Source: Candidatus Aminicenantes bacterium
GTDB lineage: Bacteria; Acidobacteriota; Aminicenantia; Aminicenantales; Aminicenantaceae
Length of the DNA stretch: 64,000 bases
Assembly (NCBI GenBank): GCA_014727835.1
Contig: WJMT01000124.1
Location: 17,508-81,507 of the forward strand
Direction of reading: 5' to 3'
This document shows, in pieces, positions 1 to 10,457 of the stretch. The stretch's first letter is position 1. Every line of letters starts with the position of its first letter. The notes below the pieces were generated by a model. The model ran no database searches, was not told the origin of the DNA, and worked only from the letters and a program-made list of their open reading frames with translations. Both the position numbers and the translations under genes were made by a program.

Positions 1-633
1 ATTTATCTGACAGATAAAGGCGGATATAATGTGCTCCTGCGCAATGATGTGGATGATTCGAACTGGATCCAAATTGAAATTCTATCTGATGAAATGGGTG
101 GGACCGGAGGATTGGGAGCCAAGCTGAGTCTCTATAGAACAGGACATGTGGGAGAACCCGGATTTTTAGTTGGATACCGTGAAATCACCGGTGAATACGG
201 CTACTTGGCACAGGATATGCCAGCAGTTCATTTCGGAGTTTCTCAAAACTCCCAATATGACCTGAAAATTGAATTTATAAACGGAGCACAAAGAACTCTC
301 ACCAATATCTCTCCTGGCCAGAAAATACAAACGGGCTATATTCTGCCCCCTGCTGATCTGGAGGGAGAAAGGAAGCAGAACAGGGCTTTGTTTTACCAGG
401 AAAATGTCATTCAGTTAACCTGGAATGTGAATCCAGACAATCAAAATGTTGTCAAATACAGGATTTATCAAATTGAGCAATGGCGGAAATTTGAATATAT
501 GGATGAAGTCAATGCAGATGTTTTGGTCTACAATGTGAGAAACACGTCCCCAGAAACCCAGTACACTTTTGCGGTTACGGCTGTAAACAGCAGTGATATA
601 CAAGGCGTTCCAGCTTATGTGATTGTGGAGTGA
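1..633 (+). CDS. ASPIC/UnbV-domain protein, C-terminal part with FN3-like tail (5' end outside window)
   Basis: Frame 1 is open from nt 1, with no stop before the GTG listed at 31. The segment NWIQIEI..GGTGGLGAKLSLY..GYLAQDMPAVHFGV..YDLKIEF fits the ASPIC/UnbV C-terminal pattern. The last ~90 aa look FN3-like (YRIY..YTFAVTAVN). Confidence 0.55.
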   Translation: MYLTDKGGYNVLLRNDVDDSNWIQIEILSDEMGGTGGLGAKLSLYRTGHVGEPGFLVGYREITGEYGYLAQDMPAVHFGVSQNSQYDLKIEFINGAQRTLTNISPGQKIQTGYILPPADLEGERKQNRALFYQENVIQLTWNVNPDNQNVVKYRIYQIEQWRKFEYMDEVNADVLVYNVRNTSPETQYTFAVTAVNSSDIQGVPAYVIVE

Positions 634-640
634 TTTAAAA

Positions 641-1234
641 ATGAGAAGATTTTGTATTTTTATTTTTGTGTTTGTTTTGGCCTCTTCGCTTCTTTGGACA
701 GGAACAGAAGAGGTCAAAAACTCCAGAATTTCCATTTCAGGCGGCGCTTATTTTTTACGAGACGATGTGTTCAAACAGGTTTATGGGAACCATGCATGGA
801 TTGTGTGCGGTGGATATTCATACAGACTGCCTTTTTTATTGAAGAACCATTTGGAAGTTGGAGTGAATTTTCGCTTTTTATCAGACAAAGGCAAGCTTAC
901 GGTCACCAAAGAACCGGTTGATCTTGTGATGTCAGATGTCACTTTGACCGTAAAATATCTTTTTGATTTGAATCCAATCATACCTTATGCAGGCCCCGGT
1001 CTTCAGTACATCTGGTATAAAGAAGAATATCCTCCTTTATTTCCTGTCAGCTCCGTGAGGGGTTCGGTGGCCGGACTGAGTTTTCAGGCGGGATGTTATT
1101 ATGACTTTTCCTCAAGTTTGGGAATCGATGTGAGTGTTCTCTACTGTCTGGCTCGGGCTGAAGAAGGGATGGTCCAAACAGATATAGGTGGAATTGGCAT
1201 AAAGGCAGGTATGGTATACAGGTTTGATTTTTAA
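641..1234 (+). CDS. outer-membrane beta-barrel protein (hypothetical)
   Basis: ATG at 641 is preceded by GGAG (627-630); the track start at 623 is a TTG. Signal peptide MRRFCIFIFVFVLASSLLWTG, alternating amphipathic strands, and an aromatic C-terminus GMVYRFDF typical of OM barrels. Confidence 0.5.
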   Translation: MRRFCIFIFVFVLASSLLWTGTEEVKNSRISISGGAYFLRDDVFKQVYGNHAWIVCGGYSYRLPFLLKNHLEVGVNFRFLSDKGKLTVTKEPVDLVMSDVTLTVKYLFDLNPIIPYAGPGLQYIWYKEEYPPLFPVSSVRGSVAGLSFQAGCYYDFSSSLGIDVSVLYCLARAEEGMVQTDIGGIGIKAGMVYRFDF

Positions 1235-1333
1235 CCTGGATTATTCATAAAAAAATCTTGCAAGCCGACGCAAAGAAAACCATAATAAAAACATCCATAT
1301 TTTTATGAACAGTTCCCATAGGGAGGATCCATA

Positions 1334-2191
1334 ATGAATAAGATGATTCAATCCGTTTTTTTGATTTTTTTGGTGTGTTTGTTCAGTCTCCATGCACTTG
1401 GAAACAGAACAGATGACATCTATAAACTTGGGATTGAGTTAGAGAAGCTGGCTTCTTCACTGGCATTGAACAGCTATCAACATTTTGAAGGATGGAATGG
1501 AGTGATCAGTGATCAGGAACAAGCTGTTCTTTTTAAATCAGAAGCATTTTCAGCATCGTGTCGGCTGTTTTTAAAAATGACAGCAAAAAGTTCCGGATAT
1601 TTTAGGTCTGGTTATTTGAGAACAAATCTGTACAATGCCTTTATCTATCTTTCCCGTTCTTTTAAGGTGCTGGAAAAAGAGATGACCAAAGCCAGAGTCG
1701 TCCCCTATGAAGTCTCAAGGTGTAGAGACATTTTGGATCAAATGGATTATGCGTTCTCCAGATGGCCTTCCAGAGATAATCTTGCTTATTTGCACAGGAA
1801 GTATATCAAAGCCCGCGATGATACGGTCTATATGATTGAGAGACGAGGGCCTGGGGATTACATAAGAAGGCCGTTTAAAGATCTGGAAAGCCTGTACTAC
1901 TTTAACTACAGCATTGGAAGGGAAAAAGCACCTTGGGATTATCTCGAAGAAATATCTGAAAATACGCTTATGAAGATGGAGCAAGGAACTCTGATTGAGC
2001 TCACATTTGAAGGTTGTCTGATCATAGAAAAGAGTTCCCGTCGGAACCGCTCTGTTTTCTTGATTGAGAATGGCAAAAAGAGAGGAGTGACCTCTCCCCG
2101 TGTCCTGGAACGTCTGGGCGGATGGGACCAGGTATATGAAGTTCCCAAGCAAGTGATCGATAAATATCCAGAGGGACAACCCATAAAATGA
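1334..2191 (+). CDS. secreted hypothetical protein
   Basis: Strong RBS GGGAGGA upstream of the ATG and an N-terminal signal peptide (VFLIFLVCLFSLHALG). No family recognised. Confidence 0.5.
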   Translation: MNKMIQSVFLIFLVCLFSLHALGNRTDDIYKLGIELEKLASSLALNSYQHFEGWNGVISDQEQAVLFKSEAFSASCRLFLKMTAKSSGYFRSGYLRTNLYNAFIYLSRSFKVLEKEMTKARVVPYEVSRCRDILDQMDYAFSRWPSRDNLAYLHRKYIKARDDTVYMIERRGPGDYIRRPFKDLESLYYFNYSIGREKAPWDYLEEISENTLMKMEQGTLIELTFEGCLIIEKSSRRNRSVFLIENGKKRGVTSPRVLERLGGWDQVYEVPKQVIDKYPEGQPIK

Positions 2192-2206
2192 GGCTTTAGT
2201 GAAGTT

Positions 2207-3154
2207 TTATATGGATTGTTTTCCTAAAGTTTGAAGGTGGTCAAGGGGGCCGTAGAGGGAAAGCAGTTTCTGGAATTCTTTCTCATCAGTAAAAGGGCAC
2301 GTCCCTTTTCCATAGGATTTCGCCACTTCCAGAACAAACCGAACAGCTGATTCCAGATCTGTTAGGTGATTTGCACCTGTGGCGCACCCGGGGACAGGAA
2401 CTTCACTGGTAATGGCCACTCCCACGACAGGAGACGGAGTCGCTGTGGAAGGCTGCAGGATGCTGTTGATATGAAAAAGTTCATTTCCGTAGGGTGTGAT
2501 GTCCTGAATGGTGAGGGGAAATACGACCGGCAGCTTTCCTGTGACCCATTCCATGATATCCAAGAGAGATTCACTGACTCTTAATATGTAGCCGCTCTTT
2601 ACAGTGGGGGAGATAGCAAAACCCTTGTGGTTAGTGATCCGGTTTGCTTTAGTGGTGTCAATAGAAAGGATGGCTTCCATACAGGGATCCACTTCATGTT
2701 GATTCATCACTTCTATGGATACGGGTGATCCCATAAAAGGAACCGGGTGATGCGGTATGACCGGAGCTTTGGGACACAGATGGGTCGAGATGATGACATC
2801 TCCCTGAAGATGGTCTCCTTTATCCCGCATCACAGCGATTTTTGCAGCAGCAGAGAGAGCAATGATGGCTCCGTCAGCATCTGAGACCAATCCGATTTGT
2901 TCAGGCCTGGCACCGATTCCTCCCAAACGCCCGATAATACCTAAGGTGGGAGAGGCGCCCCCTTTTGTTTTTCCGTTTTTTCCGGGGATCTTGATTTTGA
3001 CAAAAAGAGTCTGCTCCTTGTCTCCGTTGATATTTTTGAGTTTCATTTCCTGGCTTTTGATGCCCCATTTATTAAGGAATCGGGCCGCATCTTCTTTTTT
3101 TATGATGGGGGTATCCAGATATTCAGTGGTTTCTATGACCTGTTTGAAAGCCAT
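2207..3154 (-). CDS. DUF1177-family protein
   Basis: RBS AGGAGA. The motifs GASPTLGIIGRLGGIGARPEQIGLVSDADGA, HHPVPFMGSPV, ILSIDTTKANRI and PVVGVAITSE..PGCATGA match my memory of DUF1177 proteins. Lies 2 nt downstream of the permease gene, so the two are probably an operon. Confidence 0.55.
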   Translation of the reverse strand: MAFKQVIETTEYLDTPIIKKEDAARFLNKWGIKSQEMKLKNINGDKEQTLFVKIKIPGKNGKTKGGASPTLGIIGRLGGIGARPEQIGLVSDADGAIIALSAAAKIAVMRDKGDHLQGDVIISTHLCPKAPVIPHHPVPFMGSPVSIEVMNQHEVDPCMEAILSIDTTKANRITNHKGFAISPTVKSGYILRVSESLLDIMEWVTGKLPVVFPLTIQDITPYGNELFHINSILQPSTATPSPVVGVAITSEVPVPGCATGANHLTDLESAVRFVLEVAKSYGKGTCPFTDEKEFQKLLSLYGPLDHLQTLGKQSI

Positions 3155-3156
3155 GG

Positions 3157-4599
3157 TTATTCTCCTTTTTCTGGAAAAATTTTCATGATGACTGTATAAA
3201 AAAGCATGGACGACAAAATTCCGTTAAAAGCAAAAATGGAAAAGGGAAAAACTTTGATCACAAAAGGATGCCCAGAAGTGATCCATCCGATGAGAACTGA
3301 AACCAGATACACTCCCAGTGCTTTCAGGTTGACAGCAGGTCTGTTTTTTTTCTTCAGGTTCGCTGTTCTGATTCTTTTAAGAATGAAGTAATCGCAGATC
3401 AAGATCCCTCCGATCGGACCGATGCTGACAGTGAGAAAAATCAGAAACAGTTCCAGTCTTTCCAGAATCCCGATTGCGGCCAGCCCAGAGGCAAACACTC
3501 CGGCTCCTATCGTGACCAGCCATCGTTTGGTCTTGAAAATATTGTTGAGTGCAAGAACAGCGGAATAGATGTTGCTGTCATTGGTGGTCCATTGGGCGAG
3601 AAGAAGGACCAGAAAGCCGATGAAACCGAGGCCCAAATAAGTGGGCGAAATGATCAGTTCGGGAAGATTTTCATGGTAAAGTCCTGTATTCATGGCAAAC
3701 AGAGAGCCGGCCAGATGAAGAAAGGCGCTCACCAGCATGGCAACAGTGGCAGCTCCGAATATTTGCTTGAGTTTGGGTTTGGCATAACGGAAGATGTCTG
3801 CGCTGGTGGTGGCGCCTACAATGAATCCTCCGGCCACCACGGATGCGGCAGCACCTATGGTTAAAGGATAGGGATCGGGATGATGATTTTGGGCCAAATG
3901 GATCAGAGTTTGAGCAGGAAGGAAATCAAATCTGGTTTTGATGAGTCCGATAATGAAAATGACCAGCACAAATGGGGAAGCGATCCAGCTCAAAGTGCTG
4001 AGACCTTTGATTCCGAATATAGCAGGGAGCATCATGATGATCCCGCATACAAAAGAGAACAGCGGCATGGAAAAATCAGATTGGAAAAAATATTGGATGG
4101 TTCGGGCGAAAAATGCAGCTTGAACTCCAAACCAACCCAAAAGAGAAAGAGCAATGGATAGAGATATCAGCAGAGATCCGATTCTTCCGAACGAAAAGTT
4201 GGCGATCAAAGGAGTGGAGAGTCCGGTTTGAGCTCCGATGATTCCGGAAAGTCCCATCATAGCGATGAGCAGGATCTCGCCCAAAGCATAGGAAAGGATG
4301 ATGCTGGTTAGGTTTCCCAGTCCAAGCCCGATCATCATTCCCCGAAAAATGGCAGACATGACCACTGCGATCCCGATCCATACAACGGTCAGACTGATCC
4401 AGGGCTTTCTTTCAGATAAAGGGACCGGGCTTAAAGAATAATCTTCGAGGGTTTTTTGGGCTTTTTGCTGTTTGGATTTCACTCTGCTGCACCTGTACAT
4501 TCTATATAAGATTTGACTGATATAATCAAGGATTGGGGTTTTTTTGATTTGTGTCATATAGAAAGGACAGTTGATTCCAAAACAGAACAAAATTTTCAT
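3157..4599 (-). CDS. purine-cytosine permease family (NCS1) transporter
   Basis: About 12 hydrophobic helices with CodB-like spacing. The start is uncertain: candidate ATGs at 4599, 4557 and 4500 all lack a good SD, and the first TM begins near residue 63 of the longest ORF. Confidence 0.65.
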   Translation of the reverse strand: MKILFCFGINCPFYMTQIKKTPILDYISQILYRMYRCSRVKSKQQKAQKTLEDYSLSPVPLSERKPWISLTVVWIGIAVVMSAIFRGMMIGLGLGNLTSIILSYALGEILLIAMMGLSGIIGAQTGLSTPLIANFSFGRIGSLLISLSIALSLLGWFGVQAAFFARTIQYFFQSDFSMPLFSFVCGIIMMLPAIFGIKGLSTLSWIASPFVLVIFIIGLIKTRFDFLPAQTLIHLAQNHHPDPYPLTIGAAASVVAGGFIVGATTSADIFRYAKPKLKQIFGAATVAMLVSAFLHLAGSLFAMNTGLYHENLPELIISPTYLGLGFIGFLVLLLAQWTTNDSNIYSAVLALNNIFKTKRWLVTIGAGVFASGLAAIGILERLELFLIFLTVSIGPIGGILICDYFILKRIRTANLKKKNRPAVNLKALGVYLVSVLIGWITSGHPFVIKVFPFSIFAFNGILSSMLFYTVIMKIFPEKGE

Positions 4600-4629
4600 T
4601 TGTCAGGGAAGGACCCCCTAAAACAGACT

Positions 4630-4645
4630 TGGCATATAATTTGCT
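4630..4645 (+). promoter_or_regulatory. sigma-54-type promoter candidate (-24/-12)
   Basis: TGGCAT-ATAAT-TTGCT has the correct GG-N10-GC spacing against the consensus TGGCAC-N5-TTGCW. It lies 36 nt upstream of the GTG at 4681. The spacer also reads TATAAT, so a sigma-70 -10 element is an alternative. Confidence 0.45.
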
Positions 4646-4680
4646 GCATATAGCATAGAAAACTCAAAGGAGGGTTTGAC

Positions 4681-6633
4681 GTGAAAAACAAAAAAAATAC
4701 ATATAGGAACACGGGTTTCATTGTTTTATCCGCTGTTTTATTTTTGTTCCTTTCATTTCCGGCTTTTTCCAGTTCTCATTACAAATATGCCATCAAGCAG
4801 GGAATGGATGTCTATTTCGGGCACATCAGTTACATCCAAAACCTGGAATCCCAGCCGATCGTGTATAAAGAAGATCAGCTGGGTCCTGAGTATGCGGTTT
4901 TAAATTTTCCTATTGCGCCTGGAAACACCGTTCGCACCCAAGGCAAGGGACGATGCGAGGTTCAGTTTGATACAGGAACACTTCTCAGATTGGAAGAAAA
5001 TACGGAGATCACAATAGAGACCGTATTGGCTCAAAGTCTGAGTTCCCGAAAAAAGATGACCAATCTGGTTTTAAAAAAAGGGACCGTCTATGTGATGTAC
5101 AAAAGCTATATGACCCTTGAGTTATTCCAGATCATGACTCCCAATGCCGCTGTGAAGATGAATCCCTTTTCTGTCACTCTGGTGAGCGCGCACCCTGACG
5201 GTTCGACCGATGTTAAAGTCATGCAGGGTAAAGCTTTTGTGATGTATGGGCCCGATGAAAACAATCTGCGTGAGGAGAAAATCAAACAGGGTCAGTCAGC
5301 ACGAGTGGAGAAGGATCACGGATTTGAATATCTGGAAAATATATCCAGTCCGGATTTTGAGTCCTGGAACAAAAAGATCAATCAAAATTTCCAAAAACTC
5401 CACGAAGGCAAAACCCCCCTTCCCAAACCTGTCTATAGATATCCGGATGCTGTGATCTATTTTGCGGAAAAATATTCCACCACCTATGGAGAATGGCTGT
5501 GGGATGAATATTACGGATATGTGTGGAGACCGTTTCACTACCGCTATTATCCCAGCGGGTGGCAGCCTTACTCTTTCGGACAGTGGACCGCGGTGAACGG
5601 TCAGATGTTCTGGGTCCCCCAGGAACCCTGGGGCTGGGCTCCTTATCATCTCGGAGTTTGGGTCTGGAACAAGAAAAAGGGATGGCTCTGGATTCCGGGA
5701 TCTGTGTTTTCTCCGGCCTGGGTGTGCTGGAACTATGTGATCAGGCCCGGGATTGGGACCGGCTATTTTATTTGGAGACCCTGGACCGTTCTGGACTGGG
5801 TGGATTGGTCTTTTATTGATTTTTCATGGATGCATGATGATGCGGATGTGGGAATTGATAATCCCTGGCTGTATGATGAGCAGGACATCGGGGAACACAT
5901 TCCTGATGCCAATCTCCAGAGTTTAGCTAAGAAAAATGATCCTTGCTATGTGTTAACTGGACGGCTGAAAAAAGTCTTTAAGAATGTGAAAAAAGCGGTT
6001 CAGAATGGGGAAAAAGAATTGATTTCCACATACTCCTATATAAGGGGAAATCCATATCTAGTTAAACATGAATCCCTCATTTCTCCTGATATTCAGAAGA
6101 AAATCATGGACCTGGATCAGCTTGGGGAAAATTGGGATCAAGCCCTTACTCGACTTTCTCAAGGCGAACTCCAAGAGAAAATTGTGGGAGCGTATCGCAC
6201 TCTTAGGAATCCCGATATAAAGAGGCCCTCTGTTCAAAAAAGCACCAAATTCAGTGATAAAGCTTCCGGAAAACACATCTCTTCAATGCCTGTAAAAACA
6301 GCGGCAGCGACACATGAAAAAAGAGAGACTATAATGCGTTTTAGAGATTGGAATCCTGATATCGAAGTGGCTCGGGACATGGGAGTGTCTATTATCTATT
6401 CCGGGGTCCGGAATGAGATCCAGTGTCCTGAACTCCGTCTTTCTTCTGGAAAAGTACGGATAACTCCTTTCAGTAAGATCAGTTCAGGAAGCGCTTTTTA
6501 TTCGCAAAAAGGTGGAGGCCGGGGGTTCGGAGCAGGCAGTAGTTCAGGAAAAGGATCCTCAACTGCAACCAAACTGACATCCAAAACCTCTTCCTCTTCA
6601 AGCAGTAGCCGGAGCTCAAAAACAAAAAAATAG
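4681..6633 (+). CDS. FecR-domain / DUF6600-like Trp-rich secreted protein with Ser-rich tail
   Basis: GTG start with RBS GGAGGG and a signal or anchor helix. The N-terminal half resembles a FecR beta-sandwich. The central repeats YGYVWRP..GWQPYSFGQW..PWGWAPYHLGVWVW..GWLWIPG..PAWVCW are DUF6600-like. The C-terminus is a low-complexity S/K tail. Confidence 0.55.
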   Translation: MKNKKNTYRNTGFIVLSAVLFLFLSFPAFSSSHYKYAIKQGMDVYFGHISYIQNLESQPIVYKEDQLGPEYAVLNFPIAPGNTVRTQGKGRCEVQFDTGTLLRLEENTEITIETVLAQSLSSRKKMTNLVLKKGTVYVMYKSYMTLELFQIMTPNAAVKMNPFSVTLVSAHPDGSTDVKVMQGKAFVMYGPDENNLREEKIKQGQSARVEKDHGFEYLENISSPDFESWNKKINQNFQKLHEGKTPLPKPVYRYPDAVIYFAEKYSTTYGEWLWDEYYGYVWRPFHYRYYPSGWQPYSFGQWTAVNGQMFWVPQEPWGWAPYHLGVWVWNKKKGWLWIPGSVFSPAWVCWNYVIRPGIGTGYFIWRPWTVLDWVDWSFIDFSWMHDDADVGIDNPWLYDEQDIGEHIPDANLQSLAKKNDPCYVLTGRLKKVFKNVKKAVQNGEKELISTYSYIRGNPYLVKHESLISPDIQKKIMDLDQLGENWDQALTRLSQGELQEKIVGAYRTLRNPDIKRPSVQKSTKFSDKASGKHISSMPVKTAAATHEKRETIMRFRDWNPDIEVARDMGVSIIYSGVRNEIQCPELRLSSGKVRITPFSKISSGSAFYSQKGGGRGFGAGSSSGKGSSTATKLTSKTSSSSSSSRSSKTKK

Positions 6634-6747
6634 CAGGTATCCCTTTAACAATTTATCAATAATCATTTGAATTTGTCAGATTTTTTTGAGAAACTAGGAA
6701 AAAGAGTATGCCTAAGGATATCCCAAAAATAATATAAGTAGGGGGAT

Positions 6748-7671
6748 ATGAATAAAGACAAGAAGATCCAGGAAATTAGCCGCTGTTCAGATAAAGAATT
6801 GGCAAAAAAAGTGAATCGAATTGCCAAAGCCGTGCAATCAAATAAAATAATCTGTATCACGGAAAGCGGAAGATTTGCTTACGAGTTACATGATTTGAAA
6901 ACCAAATTCCGAATCATTGCAACCACAGCATCTCCAAAAGCTTATGAGGCTATGAGAGAAGATGGGATAGAGACCATTAGATTGCCTCTCCATGCAGTCG
7001 ATAAATACCGTCAAATCCGTCATGTTCTATCAGTTGTTCTCAAAGCAAAAAAAATCTCGGTTGGGGAATTAGTCGTTTGTGCGGTAGGCAATAATGTCTA
7101 CCCTGGAGAAGGGAATCTGATCGTTGTTGCTCAAATTGAAGAGAATCTTAAGGACTTGGCCATTACGGACCTTCTCAAGCTCACCAATGGAATCAGACCA
7201 AAGGCTTTGGAGGCCACCATTGCGGTTGCCTGTCAAATCGGCCGAGCGGCACGCCGAGGAAAACGATTGGGAACCATCCTCATGCTCGGGGATTCTGAAA
7301 AAGTTCTCAGAGGCTCGAGACAGCTCATTCCTAATCCATTTAAAAATCTTGATGAATCAAAACGCATGATTACAGATTCGAGCATTCATGATGCTGTCAT
7401 CGAGTTATCCAAGCTGGACGGGGCTTTGGTGCTTCGTGGGGATGGTTTTATAAAGACTGTCGGAGTTTTTCTCTCTGCAGGTGAGGTTAAAATGGACTTG
7501 CCTTCGGGATTAGGAGCACGACATTCTTCTGCTGCAGCTGTCACCGCTCGCACTTCTGCAACCGGAGTTGTGGTTTCAGCAACGGACGGAAATGTAAGGG
7601 TGTTTTCAAAGGGGCAAATGGCTTTACGAATCGATCCCGATATAGAACACGGGCCCATTAATCTGAGATGA
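6748..7671 (+). CDS. diadenylate cyclase, DacZ/CdaZ-type (PK C-terminal-like domain + DAC domain)
   Basis: RBS AGGGGGA. The N-terminal part KIICITESGRFAYELHDLKTKFRIIATTASPKAYEAMREDGIETIRL resembles the pyruvate-kinase C-terminal alpha/beta domain. The C-terminal part has DAC motifs LDGALVL and GLGARHSSAAAVT..VVVSATDGNVRVF. The canonical RHR motif reads RHS here (7519-7527). Confidence 0.65.
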   Translation: MNKDKKIQEISRCSDKELAKKVNRIAKAVQSNKIICITESGRFAYELHDLKTKFRIIATTASPKAYEAMREDGIETIRLPLHAVDKYRQIRHVLSVVLKAKKISVGELVVCAVGNNVYPGEGNLIVVAQIEENLKDLAITDLLKLTNGIRPKALEATIAVACQIGRAARRGKRLGTILMLGDSEKVLRGSRQLIPNPFKNLDESKRMITDSSIHDAVIELSKLDGALVLRGDGFIKTVGVFLSAGEVKMDLPSGLGARHSSAAAVTARTSATGVVVSATDGNVRVFSKGQMALRIDPDIEHGPINLR

Positions 7672-7710
7672 TAAAAGTTTCCTATCCCGAATCGAGTTGA
7701 ACCTGTTTCA

Positions 7711-9039
7711 TCAAAAAATGAGAGTGATGGAGGTTTCTGAATAAGGTTGGGAATGCACTCCAATAGACCCTTTGTGAAGTCTCATGATCTGTCTGGATAG
7801 ACTCAGTCCGATTCCAGAACCCCCTTCTTTGGTGGAGAAAAAGGGGATGAATATTTTTTCCATGTTTTCATTTGGAATGCCCGGGCCATTATCTGTCACT
7901 TCTAAAATGATCTTTCCTCTTTTATCCAGCCGGGCTTCCAGGTTGACTTCAGCGTTTTCACATCCCTCTACTGCCTGTTGAGCATTGAGCAAAAGATTGA
8001 TCAGCACCTGTTCAATGAGTTCTGTATCAGCAGTGAGTTCTAGAGTCTGCGGCTGGACTTTGACTAAAAACTGGATTCCTTTATCTTTGAAGTCTTTCTG
8101 CATCAGTTTTTCCACACGCAAGAAGAGTTCTTTGATTTGAAATATTTGAAAATTTGGTTTTTTGATCAAGGTCAGATTCCGGTAGGCATCCACAAAATGC
8201 ATCAAACCCTGACTTCTTTTCTTGATGGTTTGGGCTGCGTCTTTGATATCTGTCAGAGCTTCTGAAACCATATTTTTATGGACCAGGCCGTTTATGGTGG
8301 ATGCCAGAGAGGATATGGGGGTCACGGAATTCATGATTTCGTGAGTGAGAACTCGGATCAATTTTTGCCAGGCTTCAATTTCAGTCTCCTCCAGTTCGCT
8401 GTGGATGTTTTGTAAAGAGACCAGAAAATATTTGTTCCCTCCCAGTTTGAACTCTGTTCCATAGACAGACAGGTGCAGAGTCTCATTGTTAATGTCAATC
8501 TTCACCGTGTTTTTTTCCCTTGGCTTGAGTTTGAGAAGGGTATTGACCAGCTTGGGACTGAGAGATTGGAGAGATTTTATGTTTTTGAGCTGATTAATCC
8601 CAAGAAGCTGTTTGGCTGCTTTATTTATGAGTTCCACTTCTCCATCAGGCTGGAATACGATCAATCCCACTCCGATGTGTCTCACCACTGTCTGCAGGTA
8701 ACGCGCTTGTTGCTCTTTCTCGGTCCGGGTTTTGCGAAAAGCATTCATGACTTCAGTGAATGAATTTTTCAGAGAGTCAAAAGTTTGGCCTCTCCCCTCA
8801 TACTTAAAAGACTGAGAAAAATCGCTGTATCTGATAGAGTCAAAAAAATGAGTCAAGTCTCGGTTTGTTTTTTCTACATAGTGAATCAGTGCATAGGTTT
8901 GGTAGATGATCAAGAAACCGAGTATGATCAAAGCGCTGTATAAAGTGGTCTGAGTCAGGATCAGGAAAAAACTCAAAAGGGTCAATCCTAGAATGCAAAT
9001 GCGCAGGATGCAGTTGATTCTAAAATTTTTATAGACCAT
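7711..9039 (-). CDS. sensor histidine kinase (two closely spaced TM helices, PAS, HisKA, HATPase)
   Basis: H-box [17 protein letters not shown]-box [12 protein letters not shown]-boxes DNGPGI and GGSGIGLSL. The TM helices (residues ~8-28 and ~33-53) are joined only by TQTT, so there is no periplasmic domain. The ATG overlaps the upstream regulator gene by 11 nt. Confidence 0.85.
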   Translation of the reverse strand: MVYKNFRINCILRICILGLTLLSFFLILTQTTLYSALIILGFLIIYQTYALIHYVEKTNRDLTHFFDSIRYSDFSQSFKYEGRGQTFDSLKNSFTEVMNAFRKTRTEKEQQARYLQTVVRHIGVGLIVFQPDGEVELINKAAKQLLGINQLKNIKSLQSLSPKLVNTLLKLKPREKNTVKIDINNETLHLSVYGTEFKLGGNKYFLVSLQNIHSELEETEIEAWQKLIRVLTHEIMNSVTPISSLASTINGLVHKNMVSEALTDIKDAAQTIKKRSQGLMHFVDAYRNLTLIKKPNFQIFQIKELFLRVEKLMQKDFKDKGIQFLVKVQPQTLELTADTELIEQVLINLLLNAQQAVEGCENAEVNLEARLDKRGKIILEVTDNGPGIPNENMEKIFIPFFSTKEGGSGIGLSLSRQIMRLHKGSIGVHSQPYSETSITLIF

Positions 9040-10411
9040 ATTTTTCCATTCTCCGGTACAGTGAAGCTCTGGAAATCCCTAGTTCATCTGAGGTTTTGGA
9101 AACATTTCCGTTGTGTTTATCTAAGGCCTTATGAATGGCTATTTTTTCAAGTTCTGCCAGATTAAGGTCTTCGTATTCCAGAGAATCTCCTTTGGATTCT
9201 GGAGAAGAAAAGAAAAAATCTGAAGGCTGAAGAGTGAGAGATTCGCTCATGATCACCGCCCGTTCTATGGCATGTTGGAGCTCCCTCACATTTCCGGGCC
9301 ATGAATACTTTTCCAGTCTCTTCAAGGTGGCGTGGCTGATCTTATCTATGGATTTGTTGTATTTTTTGGAATAGATATTCAGAAAATGTTCAGCTAAAAG
9401 TGGAATGTCTTGGACTCTTTCTCTAAGAGGCGGGATCCTGATCTCAACAGTATTGATTCGATAGAGAAGGTCCTGCCGGAATTGGTCATGGGTGACCATC
9501 TTATGGATATTCATGTTTGTGGCGCAGATAAGACGGACATCGATTTCTATGGTCTTGTTTGAGCCGAGACGAGTCACTTTTCTGTTTTCAATGACAGTGA
9601 GCAGCTTGGCCTGGAGTGTTAATGGGAGATTCCCGATTTCGTCCAGAAACAGAGTCCCTCCTGATGCAATTTCGAATCGGCCGGCCCGGTCTTCTTTGGC
9701 ATCTGTAAAAGCTCCCTTGACGTGGCCGAAGAGCTCACTCTCAAAAAGAGTTTCGCTTAGGGCGCCCATATCCACGCTGATAAAGATCTCTCCGGCTCTG
9801 GGAGACTGTCTGTGAAGTTCTCTGGCCACCAGTTCTTTGCCGGTTCCATTTTCGCCGAGGATCAACACATTGGCGTCTGTTTGGGCGACTTTTTGAATAT
9901 CAGAAAAGACTTGTTGTATGGCCGGGCTTTTTCCTATGAATTCATGGAAGGGCTGGTCCAAATCCTGACTGAGCTGCTTTTGCTTTGAACGCAGATTTTT
10001 GGCTTCTGTACGGCTTTGTCTTAAATTGAGTGCTGCAGAAAGAGTGGCGATCAGTCTTTCATTTTGCCAGGGTTTGAGAATAAAATCCGTAGCCCCTTCC
10101 TTGATCGCTTTCACGGCCATTTCCACATCTCCATAGGCTGTGATCAAAACGACCACAGCACTGGGATCCAGTTCTACGATCTGATCCAGCCAATGGAATC
10201 CTTCAGCGCCGCTGGTCGCTCCTTTGGCAAAATTCATATCAAGAAAAATGACATCATAATTGTCATTCTTTAAAAGCGAGGGAATCGAGTCAGGGTTCTT
10301 TTCCGTGTGAACCTGCCCCACATGTCTTTTGAGAAGCAGCCGGGCAGCTTGAAGAATGTCTTCATCATCATCAATGACCAAAATTTTTCCATACTTTTTT
10401 TTCATGTTCAC
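9029..10411 (-). CDS. sigma-54-dependent response regulator (NtrC family enhancer-binding protein)
   Basis: Receiver domain ([17 protein letters not shown]). AAA+ domain with Walker A GENGTGKE, a GAFTGA-loop variant GAFTDA, and [11 protein letters not shown]-terminal Fis-type [33 protein letters not shown]. Confidence 0.9.
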   Translation of the reverse strand: MNMKKKYGKILVIDDDEDILQAARLLLKRHVGQVHTEKNPDSIPSLLKNDNYDVIFLDMNFAKGATSGAEGFHWLDQIVELDPSAVVVLITAYGDVEMAVKAIKEGATDFILKPWQNERLIATLSAALNLRQSRTEAKNLRSKQKQLSQDLDQPFHEFIGKSPAIQQVFSDIQKVAQTDANVLILGENGTGKELVARELHRQSPRAGEIFISVDMGALSETLFESELFGHVKGAFTDAKEDRAGRFEIASGGTLFLDEIGNLPLTLQAKLLTVIENRKVTRLGSNKTIEIDVRLICATNMNIHKMVTHDQFRQDLLYRINTVEIRIPPLRERVQDIPLLAEHFLNIYSKKYNKSIDKISHATLKRLEKYSWPGNVRELQHAIERAVIMSESLTLQPSDFFFSSPESKGDSLEYEDLNLAELEKIAIHKALDKHNGNVSKTSDELGISRASLYRRMEKYGL

Positions 10412-10457
10412 ATCTCTCCTGATTTCAGTGTTACTCTCATTTCAAGTTCATTTATTA

